NCBI GenBank assembly: GCA_030829955.1 | Contig: JAURNY010000019.1 | Span: 699-64,698 of the forward strand | Direction: 5' to 3' | Origin: Gammaproteobacteria bacterium | Lineage (GTDB): Bacteria; Pseudomonadota; Gammaproteobacteria; Eutrophobiales; Eutrophobiaceae | DNA length: 64,000 nt | Part shown: positions 49,880-59,876 of the stretch, piece after piece | Layout of the letters: each line of letters begins with the position of its first letter | Position numbering within the stretch: position 1 is the stretch's first letter | Made by a program: the position numbers and the translations under genes | The notes under the pieces: generated by a model | Database searches by the model: none | What the model was told of the DNA's origin: nothing | The model's input: the letters and a program-made list of their open reading frames with translations, nothing else

Positions 49880-50739
49880 ATAAAAAATTGTTAATCAATA
49901 TTGGCTTGCTTGCCTTTATTGTTTTACTGGTTATTGTCGGCACATCGACTAATGAGGAAGAAAGTCAGGAAACTATCATTGTCCCTGATTTCGACATAGC
50001 CTCTATCAATGACATCGTCATCACTCGCAAAGACAAGCCTGAATTACATTTCAATAAACAGGGTGAAATATGGCGCATGGAATCGCCATTGAAAATAAGA
50101 GTTAATATTGCTCGAATTAACGCCATGCTGAAACTGGCAGTTAGCGAATCACACGGACAATTTAATAAAAATGAAGTTGATCTGGCGGAACTAGGGTTAG
50201 TAACACCCAAAATAAGTATGACACTGAATAATGTATTGTTTAAATTTGGTGTGACTGATGGTATCGATCAACGCCGCTATGTTTTGTATGATGATACAGT
50301 CTTTATGGTTAATGATTTTCTCTATGCGCAACTCGATAGCAAACCCGGTTTTTTTGCTGATACTCAATTACTTCCTGAAGGTACAAAACTGAAACAGATT
50401 GAATTTCCAAACAATACATTCACGCTAAAAAATAATGTCTGGACTATGCAACAACTCATGGATATCAAACCAGATCAATTAAAACGACTCGCTTTTAGCT
50501 GGGAAAATGCAGCGGCTATTTCTGTTAGTAGTTATCAGCAGCCACAGCAGGACTTTCCAATCATATTAACAACCAGTGATGATAAAATCATTCGCTATGA
50601 AATTATCAGCAACAATCCTTATCTAATTCTTGGTAGAAAAGATCTGGAGATTCAATACCACATGGGAAGTGATGAAGCAGAAAAGTTGTTGTTTCAGGAA
50701 AATGAAATCAAGAAAGACGAACAGCCTACCGATCAATAA
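49876..50739 (+). CDS. DUF4340-like protein (partner of GldG-type ABC systems)
   Basis: 287 aa. N-terminal TM anchor, translationally coupled to the gldG-like gene by a 4-nt overlap. Confidence 0.55.
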   Translation: MNKKLLINIGLLAFIVLLVIVGTSTNEEESQETIIVPDFDIASINDIVITRKDKPELHFNKQGEIWRMESPLKIRVNIARINAMLKLAVSESHGQFNKNEVDLAELGLVTPKISMTLNNVLFKFGVTDGIDQRRYVLYDDTVFMVNDFLYAQLDSKPGFFADTQLLPEGTKLKQIEFPNNTFTLKNNVWTMQQLMDIKPDQLKRLAFSWENAAAISVSSYQQPQQDFPIILTTSDDKIIRYEIISNNPYLILGRKDLEIQYHMGSDEAEKLLFQENEIKKDEQPTDQ

Positions 50740-51554
50740 TGCCTGAATTACCCGAAGTCGAAACTACACGACGCGGAATTGCGCCTCATGTGATCGAAAA
50801 ACTAATTAGCAAGGTCATCATTAGAGAACATAAACTACGTTGGCAAATTCCGCCAAAATTAAAACAAAATTTACAAGATCAAACCTTTCATAAACTCGAA
50901 AGACGCGCCAAATATCTGATATTTCATACTGATACGGGTTTTATGTTGCTACATCTTGGCATGTCAGGTTCTCTAAGAATTGTACCCATCGGCATTAAAC
51001 CTGAGAAACATGATCATGTTGATATTCAATTTACTACAGGACAGGTTTTGCGTTTTCGTGATCCGCGCAAGTTCGGCTCGATACATTGGACAACGGATGA
51101 ACCCTCACAACATGTTTTATTACATCATCTCGGCCCAGAACCATTAAGCAAGGAATTTAACACTAATTATTTATTTCAGAAGTCCCGCAAACGATCACAA
51201 TCTGTAAAAACATTTATTATGGATAGTCGCATCGTTGTTGGTGTCGGCAATATCTATGCAAGCGAATCATTATTTCTTGCTGGCATTCACCCCAAACGTA
51301 AAGCCGGAAATGTTTCTCTGGAAAGATATGAATTACTTGTTGCCGCTATCAAAACAGTATTAAAAAGCGCGATTAAAAAAGGCGGTACAACATTAAGAGA
51401 TTTTGTCAGTGGCGAGGGAAAACCAGGTTACTTTAAAAATGAATTAAAGGCCTATGATCGTAGCGACCAACCTTGTGTAGTATGCGGTAATTTAATTAAA
51501 TGCATTCGTTTAGGTCAACGATCAACTTATTATTGTAATTGCTGCCAGAAATAA
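50739..51554 (+). CDS. mutM: Formamidopyrimidine-DNA glycosylase
   Basis: 271 aa. MPELPEVET N-terminus (catalytic Pro2, Glu3) and C-terminal C4 zinc finger CVVCGNLIKCIRLGQRSTYYCNCCQ. Confidence 0.93.
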   Translation: MPELPEVETTRRGIAPHVIEKLISKVIIREHKLRWQIPPKLKQNLQDQTFHKLERRAKYLIFHTDTGFMLLHLGMSGSLRIVPIGIKPEKHDHVDIQFTTGQVLRFRDPRKFGSIHWTTDEPSQHVLLHHLGPEPLSKEFNTNYLFQKSRKRSQSVKTFIMDSRIVVGVGNIYASESLFLAGIHPKRKAGNVSLERYELLVAAIKTVLKSAIKKGGTTLRDFVSGEGKPGYFKNELKAYDRSDQPCVVCGNLIKCIRLGQRSTYYCNCCQK

Positions 51555-51555
51555 T

Positions 51556-53244
51556 TCAGGGCAATGTAACGACTTCGGCAGCACCCTCACCACGTGGATC
51601 ACTGGCAGCAAACTTCAAGCCTTTTTGTTTCCAGTACATTACCGCCTGCATATTTCCGTACTGGCGACTCTTTTCGTTTAAAGTATGACCTTTGTTTTTT
51701 AATTGCTTTTGTTCTGCAGATGATAAACCATTCAGTTCAAACTGAACTTCATCCGGCAAATATTGATGATGATAACGAGGAACTGAAACCCACGAAGCAG
51801 GCAACTTTCCATCGGCAAAATCAAGAATACCCAATAGCACCATGGTAATAATTCTACTGCCTCCCGGCGTACCTAAAACAGCAATACGCTCATCATCTTC
51901 AACAAAGCTAGGCGTCATACTGGAAAGCGGGCGTTTTTTTGGTGCAATAGCATTAGCGGCATCGCCAACCAAGCCGTAACTATTTGCGGTTAAAGGCTTA
52001 ACAGAAAAATCATCCATTTCATTATTCAAGACAACACCTGTACCTTCTGCAACAAAACCACTACCAAACGGCAAGTTAATGCTTAATGTGGCTGACACAC
52101 GATTACCTTCACTATCCATGACAGAAAAATGCGTTGTATCCTCACCTAATGAATTGTCTGTTTTAATATCTGACAACTGGCTACTCGGTGTTACCTGATT
52201 AATATCGATCGTAACAGCCATCCCTTCTATATAGTTTGCATCAAGCAAACGATCTAGCGGCACATCGACAAAATCACTATCACCCAAATAAGCTGCGCGA
52301 TCACGATACGCGCGACGCATGGCTTCAATTACAACATGTTTTCTGTCAATCGAACTTAAGCTATTCAGATCAAAATCTTCAAGCATTTGTAATGTCTGAG
52401 CCAGAACAATACCACCTGAGGAAGGCAGAGAAGCCGAGGTTATTTTCATATCATGATAATTAAATTGTATCGGCTGACGCTCAACAACATCATAATTTTT
52501 AAGATCTTCTAATGACCATATACCACCATTCTTTTTAACACTTTTCACTAATTTAACGGCGATATCACCTTCATAAAAACCGGCTTTACCTTTTTTAACA
52601 ACGGCTTTTAATGTATTAGCCAAATCCTTTTGCACTATTAAAGTATCTAGTTCAGGAATAGTGTTATCGCGCATAAAAATAGCTGCAGCTTCAGGATATT
52701 GCTGCATGACACTGCTTCGATATCCCAACAATTTTTGATAACGCGGTGTCACCTTAAAACCTTTTTCAGCTTGCTTAATCGCGGGTGCCAATACCTCTTT
52801 CATTGATAACTTGCCATAGTGCTTAACAAGAAGATCGATTGCGGCAATAGTGCCGGGAATGCCGGCGGCCTTTGCGCCATTAATCGATAAACCCTGAATG
52901 ACTTCGCCGTTTTTATCTAAATACATATCCTTTTTTGCAAGTATTGGTGCTTTTTCTCTACCGTCGATCATCACTGTCTTGTTATCACTAACACGATGCA
53001 CTAACCAGAAGCCACCACCACCAATACCTGAACTATAAGGTTCAACGACAGCCAATGATGCGGAGATTGCCGCTGCTGCATCAAAGGCATTACCACCTTT
53101 TTTTAATATATCGATACCGGCTTGTGTCGCCATTGGATGTGCGGTTGCTACTGCCGCCTGTTTTAAACCATCGGCATAAACCCATGGCGTAATGAGAAAT
53201 AACAACAATACTAATTGTGAAATTCGACGAAAGATAAATAACAT
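51556..53244 (-). CDS. ggt: Gamma-glutamyltransferase
   Basis: 562 aa. Signal peptide, GGT family motifs, and the autoprocessing/catalytic Thr region (GEDTTHFSVMD). Confidence 0.88.
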   Translation of the reverse strand: MLFIFRRISQLVLLLFLITPWVYADGLKQAAVATAHPMATQAGIDILKKGGNAFDAAAAISASLAVVEPYSSGIGGGGFWLVHRVSDNKTVMIDGREKAPILAKKDMYLDKNGEVIQGLSINGAKAAGIPGTIAAIDLLVKHYGKLSMKEVLAPAIKQAEKGFKVTPRYQKLLGYRSSVMQQYPEAAAIFMRDNTIPELDTLIVQKDLANTLKAVVKKGKAGFYEGDIAVKLVKSVKKNGGIWSLEDLKNYDVVERQPIQFNYHDMKITSASLPSSGGIVLAQTLQMLEDFDLNSLSSIDRKHVVIEAMRRAYRDRAAYLGDSDFVDVPLDRLLDANYIEGMAVTIDINQVTPSSQLSDIKTDNSLGEDTTHFSVMDSEGNRVSATLSINLPFGSGFVAEGTGVVLNNEMDDFSVKPLTANSYGLVGDAANAIAPKKRPLSSMTPSFVEDDERIAVLGTPGGSRIITMVLLGILDFADGKLPASWVSVPRYHHQYLPDEVQFELNGLSSAEQKQLKNKGHTLNEKSRQYGNMQAVMYWKQKGLKFAASDPRGEGAAEVVTLP

Positions 53245-53246
53245 CG

Positions 53247-53726
53247 TTATGCAGGAAATTTTGTTTTTAAGGCATCGGCAACTTTTGCATGTACAAACTT
53301 GGAAACATCACCGTGATAAGAAGCAATCTCTCGTACCAACGAAGAAGAAACACAGCTTAAATTATCTTCTGGTGTCAGGAATACCGTTTCAATTCCCGGT
53401 AATATCTGGCGATTCATGCCAGCCATTTGAAATTCATAATCGAAATCAGACACCGCACGCAAACCACGAATAATAGCTTTTGCTTCATACTTTTTAGCAA
53501 GATCAGTTATTAAAGAATGAAAGGTAACAACTTCAACATTACTAATATGTGCCAGCGCATCTTTCGCCAATGCTGCTCTTTCTTCCACAGAAAAGAGCGC
53601 TTTCTTGCTGGTATTATCGGCAACCGCAAAAAATGTCTGTTCAAAAAGCCCACTCGCACGTTGCATGATATCAACATGCCCATTGGTGATTGGATCAAAG
53701 GTCCCCGGATATATTGCTCTAATCAT
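53247..53726 (-). CDS. coaD: Phosphopantetheine adenylyltransferase
   Basis: 159 aa. MIRAIYPGTFDPITNGHVDI (HxGH nucleotidyltransferase motif). Confidence 0.93.
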   Translation of the reverse strand: MIRAIYPGTFDPITNGHVDIMQRASGLFEQTFFAVADNTSKKALFSVEERAALAKDALAHISNVEVVTFHSLITDLAKKYEAKAIIRGLRAVSDFDYEFQMAGMNRQILPGIETVFLTPEDNLSCVSSSLVREIASYHGDVSKFVHAKVADALKTKFPA

Positions 53727-53727
53727 T

Positions 53728-54279
53728 TTAATTATTCTGCTTAATTAACATAGCCGACACTTGTCCGGCGTGTTTTTCTTTAATCACTTGCCAGCCTTCC
53801 GGCAAGATAGATGATCGTTCTGCCTCAACATAAACTCTGCCATTGGCATTTAATAATTGTTTATCTTTAATGATTTGCAACGATTTCTCAACCAATCCTT
53901 TATTAAAAGGAGGATCCAGAAAGATAATATCAAAGGTTTTATCGTTATTTTTTAACCAGGCCAGCGCATCCGTCTGATTGATCTCATGTCGATCACTTTT
54001 CAGCGTTGTCGCATGATTTTGTAATTGCTTCACTAACGACGGATTATTTTCGATCATCACCACGCTCATGGCTTCACGGGATAATGCTTCAAATGCCAGC
54101 GCACCCGTACCGGCATAGAGATCAAGACAGTTGGCAGCAGGAATAAGTGTTTGTAACCAGTTGAACAGTGTTTCGCGTATACGATCCGGTGTAGGACGCA
54201 AGCCCTCCGCATCCATCACATCAAGTTTTCTGCCACGCCATTGCCCGGCAATAATTCTAATCTTGCCGGGCAACGCCAT
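53728..54279 (-). CDS. rsmD: 16S rRNA (guanine966-N2)-methyltransferase RsmD
   Basis: About 184 aa from MALPGKIRIIAGQWRGRKL. SAM motif DLYAGTGALAFEALSR and DPPF motif (FLDPPF). The ORF-track 33-aa N-terminal extension would overlap the upstream gene and is rejected. Confidence 0.85.
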   Translation of the reverse strand: MALPGKIRIIAGQWRGRKLDVMDAEGLRPTPDRIRETLFNWLQTLIPAANCLDLYAGTGALAFEALSREAMSVVMIENNPSLVKQLQNHATTLKSDRHEINQTDALAWLKNNDKTFDIIFLDPPFNKGLVEKSLQIIKDKQLLNANGRVYVEAERSSILPEGWQVIKEKHAGQVSAMLIKQNN

Positions 54280-54283
54280 GGAA

Positions 54284-55603
54284 TTACGATCCTTCGGCTT
54301 TATCTGATGCGCCCACCATAACAGTAACCATCTTTTCCGGTGATAAACGACGCTTAAATGCATCTTTAATGTCTTCAATAGTCACGGCAGAAACTTTATC
54401 GTTAAACGTTTCGAGATAGTTTAACGGCAATCCATAAAAACCAATCATCGTTACGTAATCCAGAATCTTGCTATTACTATCAATCCTCAATGGATAACCA
54501 CCGGTAATATTTTTCTTGGATGCTTCTAGTTCTGCTGCGGTGGGTCCTTCCTTAATAAAACGCTCAATGTTTTCCATCAACACTTTTTTAGCTTCTTCCG
54601 CCTGTTCGGTTTTGGTTTGCAAACCGGCAAGAAAAGGACCTTTGAAACGCATCGGTGAGAAATAACTATACGCACTATAAGACAGACCACGTTTCTCACG
54701 TACCTCCTCAAACAAACGCGACACCATACCGCCGCCACCGAGCACATGATTACCAACATACAATGCAAAGTGATCGGGATCACCTCGCTTAACACCGGGC
54801 TGACCAATTAATACATGCGTTTGTGAAGCAGGGTGCTCAATAAAAATAGTTTCCGCTTTCTCCAGTTCTTTAACGCCAGTAATAACTGCTGGTTTATTGC
54901 CTTTTGGTAATGCACTGCTTAAATCTTCAGCAATTTGCTTTGCCTGTTTTGTATCAACTGCACCTACCATGGCAATCATGGCATTACTCGCAACAAAGTA
55001 TTCTTTATAAAAACCTTCGATGTCTTCTTTAATAATGCTCTTTACTGAATTTTCCTTGCCTTGTGTTGGGTTGGCATAGGGGTGTCCTTTAAAAACAGAC
55101 GCCATAAAGGCATCCTGTGCCAGCGAACCGGGTGACTGTTGTTTTGAACGAATGCCAATAAGTGTTCTTGCGCGTTGACGCTCCAGAGCATCATTAGGAA
55201 AGGTTGGTTTTGACATTACGTTTTTAAAATTAGTCAGCGCTTTTGTTAATATCGCTTCATCTGTTAATGACCGTAACCCCAGTGACGATTGGTCATAACC
55301 CGTATCAGAACCAAAGTTTGCACCCAATGATTCAAACGCCTGACTAATCTGATCGGCATCCATATCGACCGCACCTTGATTAAGTAACCCCGTAGTCAAC
55401 ATGGCCAAACCCGGTTTATCACCATCACGACTGCTACCGGCATCAAACACAACCTGAATATCAATCATTGGTAATTCAGGGGCATTGACAAAATATACCG
55501 ACACGCCATTTTTTGTTTTCCATGTTTGAATATTAGGTGATGCAAATGCATAACTACTCATCGCAAATGCAAAAATCAGAATTAATGTTTGTTTTATTTT
55601 CAT
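54284..55603 (-). CDS. M16-family (pitrilysin-like) peptidase subunit lacking the HxxEH zinc motif (probable non-catalytic partner), secreted
   Basis: About 440 aa from MKIKQTLILIF (signal peptide). M16 fold without an inverted zincin motif, paired with the adjacent catalytic M16 protein. Confidence 0.75.
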   Translation of the reverse strand: MKIKQTLILIFAFAMSSYAFASPNIQTWKTKNGVSVYFVNAPELPMIDIQVVFDAGSSRDGDKPGLAMLTTGLLNQGAVDMDADQISQAFESLGANFGSDTGYDQSSLGLRSLTDEAILTKALTNFKNVMSKPTFPNDALERQRARTLIGIRSKQQSPGSLAQDAFMASVFKGHPYANPTQGKENSVKSIIKEDIEGFYKEYFVASNAMIAMVGAVDTKQAKQIAEDLSSALPKGNKPAVITGVKELEKAETIFIEHPASQTHVLIGQPGVKRGDPDHFALYVGNHVLGGGGMVSRLFEEVREKRGLSYSAYSYFSPMRFKGPFLAGLQTKTEQAEEAKKVLMENIERFIKEGPTAAELEASKKNITGGYPLRIDSNSKILDYVTMIGFYGLPLNYLETFNDKVSAVTIEDIKDAFKRRLSPEKMVTVMVGASDKAEGS

Positions 55604-55625
55604 GATGAAATTTTTCTGTAAAGGG

Positions 55626-57020
55626 TTAATGAACATGACCCATACCTCCTGCTGGATGACGAGGTCTATTGCTTTCTATCGGCAAGGGATCCAGTTCCGC
55701 AATAGTTAAACGGTCATCATTAAAATATTTTTTTGCTACTGCCATCACTTGATCTGCAGTGACAGCCTTAATGCGTTCAACATAAGTATCGGCAAGTTGC
55801 CAGGGCAACCCGACAGTTTCCAGCATGCCGAGTATCATCGCTTGATAAAACACCGAATCCTTTTCATAGACGTCACTGGAAATCACTTGTGCCTTTACGC
55901 GTTGTAATTCATCTTCAGTAACCGGATTGGTTTTTATATCTTCAATCTCTTTTCTGATTGCCGCTTCAAGTTCATCAATCGTTTTGCCTTGTGCGGGTGT
56001 ACCGGAAAAAGTAAACAACTTATCCATTCTCGAAATCATGCTGTAACTGGCACTAGCACTGGCAGCGACTTCACTACCGCGCACGAGCCGGCTGGAGAAT
56101 CTGGCACCACTGCCACCGTCAAGCACTCCCGCCAAAACTTCCAGCGCATAAGGTTCAATATCGTAACCTTCGCTTTGCAGTTTATCGGGGGTTTCCGATG
56201 GTGTTTTATACGCCATCATTAAATAGGGTAATTCAGCAGGGCGTTTCAACATTACCTGCTTCATGCCTTGTTGTTCTACTTCAATTTCTGGTGTGTTATT
56301 AATTGGCTCGCCCTTGGGTAAAGATCCAAAGTATTTTTTCGCCAAGGCATAAACATCATCAGGGTTCACATCACCAACCACTACGACAATGGAATTATTA
56401 GGCGCATAATATTTTTCATACCATCCCTGCAAATCATCAATCGTCATATTATCCAGATCATGCATCCAGCCAATGACTGGAAAACGATAAGGGCTGGTTT
56501 GATATGCGGTCGCATTGGCAACTTCATATAAATAAGACTGCGGATTATCATCTGTTCGCCAACGGCGTTCTTCCTTAACCACTTCAATCTCTTTTAGAAA
56601 CTCTTCTTCCGGCAAGGTCAGATTACGCATGCGATCTGATTCAAGCTGAAAACTGATTTCTAGACGCGATTTTTCCAGTGTTTGAAAATACGCTGTGTAA
56701 TCGGAACCGGTAAAGGCATTATCCCGACCACCGTTTTCAGAAATGATGCGCGAGAATTCTCCCGGCGCATATTTTTCTGTTCCCTTGAACATCATATGCT
56801 CCAGAGCGTGTGATACGCCGGTCACGCCATCGTGCTCATAACTGCCACCGACCTTGTACCAAACCTGAGATACCACCACCGGCGCACGATGATCTTCCTT
56901 CACCAAAAGTTTTAATCCATTATCCAGTTCATATTCATGAACCTTGGCGAATGTTAAGCTTGAAAAGCTTGTGGCAATCAATATGGCTAACGTTTTTAGA
57001 AAATAATGTGATTTATTCAT
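55626..57020 (-). CDS. M16-family zinc metallopeptidase (pitrilysin/PqqL-like) with an HxxEH motif, secreted
   Basis: 464 aa. Signal peptide and the inverted zincin motif HALEHMMFKG. Confidence 0.82.
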   Translation of the reverse strand: MNKSHYFLKTLAILIATSFSSLTFAKVHEYELDNGLKLLVKEDHRAPVVVSQVWYKVGGSYEHDGVTGVSHALEHMMFKGTEKYAPGEFSRIISENGGRDNAFTGSDYTAYFQTLEKSRLEISFQLESDRMRNLTLPEEEFLKEIEVVKEERRWRTDDNPQSYLYEVANATAYQTSPYRFPVIGWMHDLDNMTIDDLQGWYEKYYAPNNSIVVVVGDVNPDDVYALAKKYFGSLPKGEPINNTPEIEVEQQGMKQVMLKRPAELPYLMMAYKTPSETPDKLQSEGYDIEPYALEVLAGVLDGGSGARFSSRLVRGSEVAASASASYSMISRMDKLFTFSGTPAQGKTIDELEAAIRKEIEDIKTNPVTEDELQRVKAQVISSDVYEKDSVFYQAMILGMLETVGLPWQLADTYVERIKAVTADQVMAVAKKYFNDDRLTIAELDPLPIESNRPRHPAGGMGHVH

Positions 57021-57141
57021 TGTTATATTCTGATTTAGTTATTTCGACGCTTATTAAGAGCGTAATTCTGTTTATGAGTTCGATAGAAGATGATGATAGG
57101 ATAACGCATCTAACACTCTGTACTAACAACATTCGGCATCT

Positions 57142-58104
57142 GTGTTTGGCTTAAAGCGAAAAAAATCAACTGAATCTGACAAGTCTGATCAAAACAGTCC
57201 ATCTCCCAGACTCAACGACGGCCTGAAACGTACTCGTACCGGTATTTTCGGCGGTTTATTCAGTCGTACGAAAAAGATCAAACTGGGTGAAGATACCCTG
57301 ACCGAACTTGAAGATCGTCTGTTAATGGCTGATGTAGGTATGCAAACCACTGATCAGGTCATTACAAACCTCAGAGGCACCAAGGTTGATAGCGAAGCCA
57401 ATCCGCTAGATTTGATTAAAGAGGTCCTGCTCTCCACATTAACTCCAGTCGAGCAACCCTTATCAGTTAATACTGAAAATACACCTTATTTAATACTGGT
57501 GGTTGGCGTGAATGGCGTCGGCAAAACCACGACCATCGGCAAACTTGCCAAGCGCTTACAGAATGAAGGCAAAAAAGTCATGCTGGCAGCAGGTGACACC
57601 TTTCGGGCGGCAGCGATAGAACAATTACAGGTCTGGGGCGAGCGTAATGATATTAAAGTCGTTGCTCAATCACATGGTGCCGATTCCGGTGCTGTGATCT
57701 TTGATGCGCTGGCATCGGCGCGAGCGAATAATATAGACGTACTGATCGCCGATACTGCCGGACGACTACATAATAAAGACAACCTGATGGATGAAATGAA
57801 AAAGATTTATCGCATCGGTAACAAGTTTGATGAAAACCTACAGCGCGAAGTATTACTCGTGCTGGATGCCGGCACCGGACAAAATGCGCTGGCACAGGCA
57901 AAACAGTTTAACGATGTAATTGGTATTGATGGACTGGTATTAACCAAACTCGATGGCACAGCAAAAGGCGGTATTATTTTTTCACTGGCGAGTGAATTAA
58001 ATATTCCGGTACGGTTTATTGGTGTTGGCGAACAAATTGACGACTTGCGTGTATTTAATGCGTCCGACTTTATTGATGCACTTCTAGAAAATCAGAACGA
58101 ATGA
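57142..58104 (+). CDS. ftsY: Signal recognition particle receptor FtsY (short form without an extended acidic A domain)
   Basis: 320 aa. NG domain with GVNGVGKTTT, DTAGR and TKLDG GTPase motifs. Confidence 0.92.
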   Translation: MFGLKRKKSTESDKSDQNSPSPRLNDGLKRTRTGIFGGLFSRTKKIKLGEDTLTELEDRLLMADVGMQTTDQVITNLRGTKVDSEANPLDLIKEVLLSTLTPVEQPLSVNTENTPYLILVVGVNGVGKTTTIGKLAKRLQNEGKKVMLAAGDTFRAAAIEQLQVWGERNDIKVVAQSHGADSGAVIFDALASARANNIDVLIADTAGRLHNKDNLMDEMKKIYRIGNKFDENLQREVLLVLDAGTGQNALAQAKQFNDVIGIDGLVLTKLDGTAKGGIIFSLASELNIPVRFIGVGEQIDDLRVFNASDFIDALLENQNE

Positions 58105-58778
58105 TTCGTTTTACTAATGTATATATGACGTATCCGGGCGGCAGTGAAGCCCTGAAAAACCTAAATCTGCATATTGATAGCGGCGAAATGATTTATATCA
58201 CGGGTCGCTCCGGCGCAGGCAAAAGTACCTTACTTAAATTAATTGCCCTGATTGATCGAGCAACACGCGGACAGATCATAGTGAATGGTCAAAACCTTGA
58301 GCGTGTTCGTCACAACCGCATTCCCTATTTTCGTCGCCAGATTGGGTTCATCTTTCAAGACCATCGTCTACTTTATGATCGTACGGTATTTGATAACGTT
58401 TCATTACCTTTGGTTATTGCTGGTTATCGTCATAAGGAAATTCGCAAACGCGCACAAGCAGCATTAGATAAAGTTGGTCTGTTAAACAAAATCAATAATT
58501 ATCCGATGGCGCTTTCCAGTGGCGAACAACAACGTGTTGGTGTTGCGCGAGCAGTCGTGCATCGTCCGATCTATTTACTGGCAGATGAACCGACAGGTAA
58601 TCTCGATCCAGCATTGTCATGGGAAACGATGAAACTTTTTGAACAGTTTAATCAGGTAGGCGTGACTGTACTTATTGCCAGCCATGATCTCGATATGATC
58701 AAGCGCATGAAGAAACGCATTATTACCTTAAAGAAAGGTCGATTACTGACTCATGCAGGGACACCAATAAAAGAATGA
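58101..58778 (+). CDS. ftsE: Cell division ATP-binding protein FtsE
   Basis: 225 aa. Walker A GRSGAGKST, signature LSSGEQQRVGVARA and Walker B LLADEPTGNLD. Overlaps ftsY by 4 nt. Confidence 0.92.
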   Translation: MIRFTNVYMTYPGGSEALKNLNLHIDSGEMIYITGRSGAGKSTLLKLIALIDRATRGQIIVNGQNLERVRHNRIPYFRRQIGFIFQDHRLLYDRTVFDNVSLPLVIAGYRHKEIRKRAQAALDKVGLLNKINNYPMALSSGEQQRVGVARAVVHRPIYLLADEPTGNLDPALSWETMKLFEQFNQVGVTVLIASHDLDMIKRMKKRIITLKKGRLLTHAGTPIKE

Positions 58779-59749
58779 GCGCAGAAAAGAAAACAAATAA
58801 CCGCGCAAAGAAGAAACGCGAGCTTAAAGGCCTTTTTAATATGTGGCTACTTAATAATGCACAGGCATGTATCTATAGTCTTGGGCAATACATGCGCCAA
58901 CCGGTTAATAATCTACTCATGACTGCGGTGATTGGTATCTCGCTGGCATTACCCGCCAGCTTTTATGTCCTGCTGGATAATGTGCGTTCAGTCTCTGCCG
59001 GCTGGGATGGTTCATTACAAATCACCCTATTTTTACAAAATGATATTAGCGATTTAGATGCCCTGAGTTTTGCAAAACAACTCGATGCCGATCCACGCAT
59101 AGAAAGTACCAATCTGATCAACAGGGATGATGCGCTGGCTGAATACAGAAGTCTCTCGGGTTTTGCTGATGCCTTGGATGCGCTGGATGAAAACCCATTT
59201 CCTAATGTCATCATTGCTCATCCTAAGATCACGGATGGCAGTCAACCCGAGATCGACCTCTTGATTGTCGACCTAGAAGCCATGCCCGAGATCGATAACG
59301 CTCAATACGACAGTCAATGGATTCAGCGTTTATTTCATCTTCTGGATATTATCAATCGCGTTGTAATTATCCTCTCCGCGATGCTAGCCACCGCTGTATT
59401 ACTAATCGTCGGCAATACTATTCGTCTTGCTATCCATAACCGCCGTTCTGAAATCGAAATCAGCAAACTCTTTGGTGGTACAGATGCATTTATCCAGCGT
59501 CCGTTTCTCTATAGCGGTTTCTGGTATGGCGTCTTTGGTGGGCTCATTGCCTGGCTACTTATCACAATTGCCCTGCAAATTCTTGATAAGCCTGTCCGGG
59601 AACTAGCCAATCTCTATGGTAGTCAGTTCAAACTATCTGGTCTAGGCTTCAAAAACAGCAGTATATTGCTACTGATCGGTGTATTTTTGGGCTTAGGCGG
59701 CTCATGGGTATCGGTTAAACGCCATATGCGCGCCATTGAACCTCTATAA
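58775..59749 (+). CDS. ftsX: Cell division permease FtsX
   Basis: 324 aa. N-terminal basic region, 4 TM helices, a periplasmic loop and the FtsX-type C-terminus. Confidence 0.9.
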   Translation: MSAEKKTNNRAKKKRELKGLFNMWLLNNAQACIYSLGQYMRQPVNNLLMTAVIGISLALPASFYVLLDNVRSVSAGWDGSLQITLFLQNDISDLDALSFAKQLDADPRIESTNLINRDDALAEYRSLSGFADALDALDENPFPNVIIAHPKITDGSQPEIDLLIVDLEAMPEIDNAQYDSQWIQRLFHLLDIINRVVIILSAMLATAVLLIVGNTIRLAIHNRRSEIEISKLFGGTDAFIQRPFLYSGFWYGVFGGLIAWLLITIALQILDKPVRELANLYGSQFKLSGLGFKNSSILLLIGVFLGLGGSWVSVKRHMRAIEPL

Positions 59750-59788
59750 GTTATTGATATCTAAATAACTAATTCTTAACCCTATCGG

Positions 59789-59815
59789 GAACTCATTTTT
59801 ATATTAGCACTCTAA
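59789..59815 (+). promoter_or_regulatory. Candidate sigma-E (RpoE/AlgU)-type promoter for rpoH: -35 GAACTC, 16-nt spacer, -10 TCTAA
   Basis: GGGAACTC at 59787–59794 and TCTAA at 59811–59815 match the sigma-E consensus GAACTT-N16-TCTGA, about 60 nt upstream of the rpoH ATG. rpoH is sigma-E transcribed in E. coli and Pseudomonas (established). Confidence 0.45.
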
Positions 59816-59833
59816 ATATTAGAGTGCTAATAT
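59801..59833. promoter_or_regulatory. Perfect 33-bp palindrome (13-bp arms ATATTAGCACTCT / AGAGTGCTAATAT, 7-bp AT spacer) in the ftsX-rpoH intergenic region
   Basis: Read directly from the sequence. The arms are exact reverse complements. The element overlaps the predicted -10 of the sigma-E-type promoter. Confidence 0.7.
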
Positions 59834-59876
59834 AAGTACATGCGTTTGAGTTACAATGCATTGAGGGAACACAACA

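Noticed and set aside
54280-54378. 33-aa N-terminal extension of rsmD in the ORF track
   Set aside because: It would overlap the upstream M16 peptidase gene. RsmD homologues begin near MALPGKIRI.
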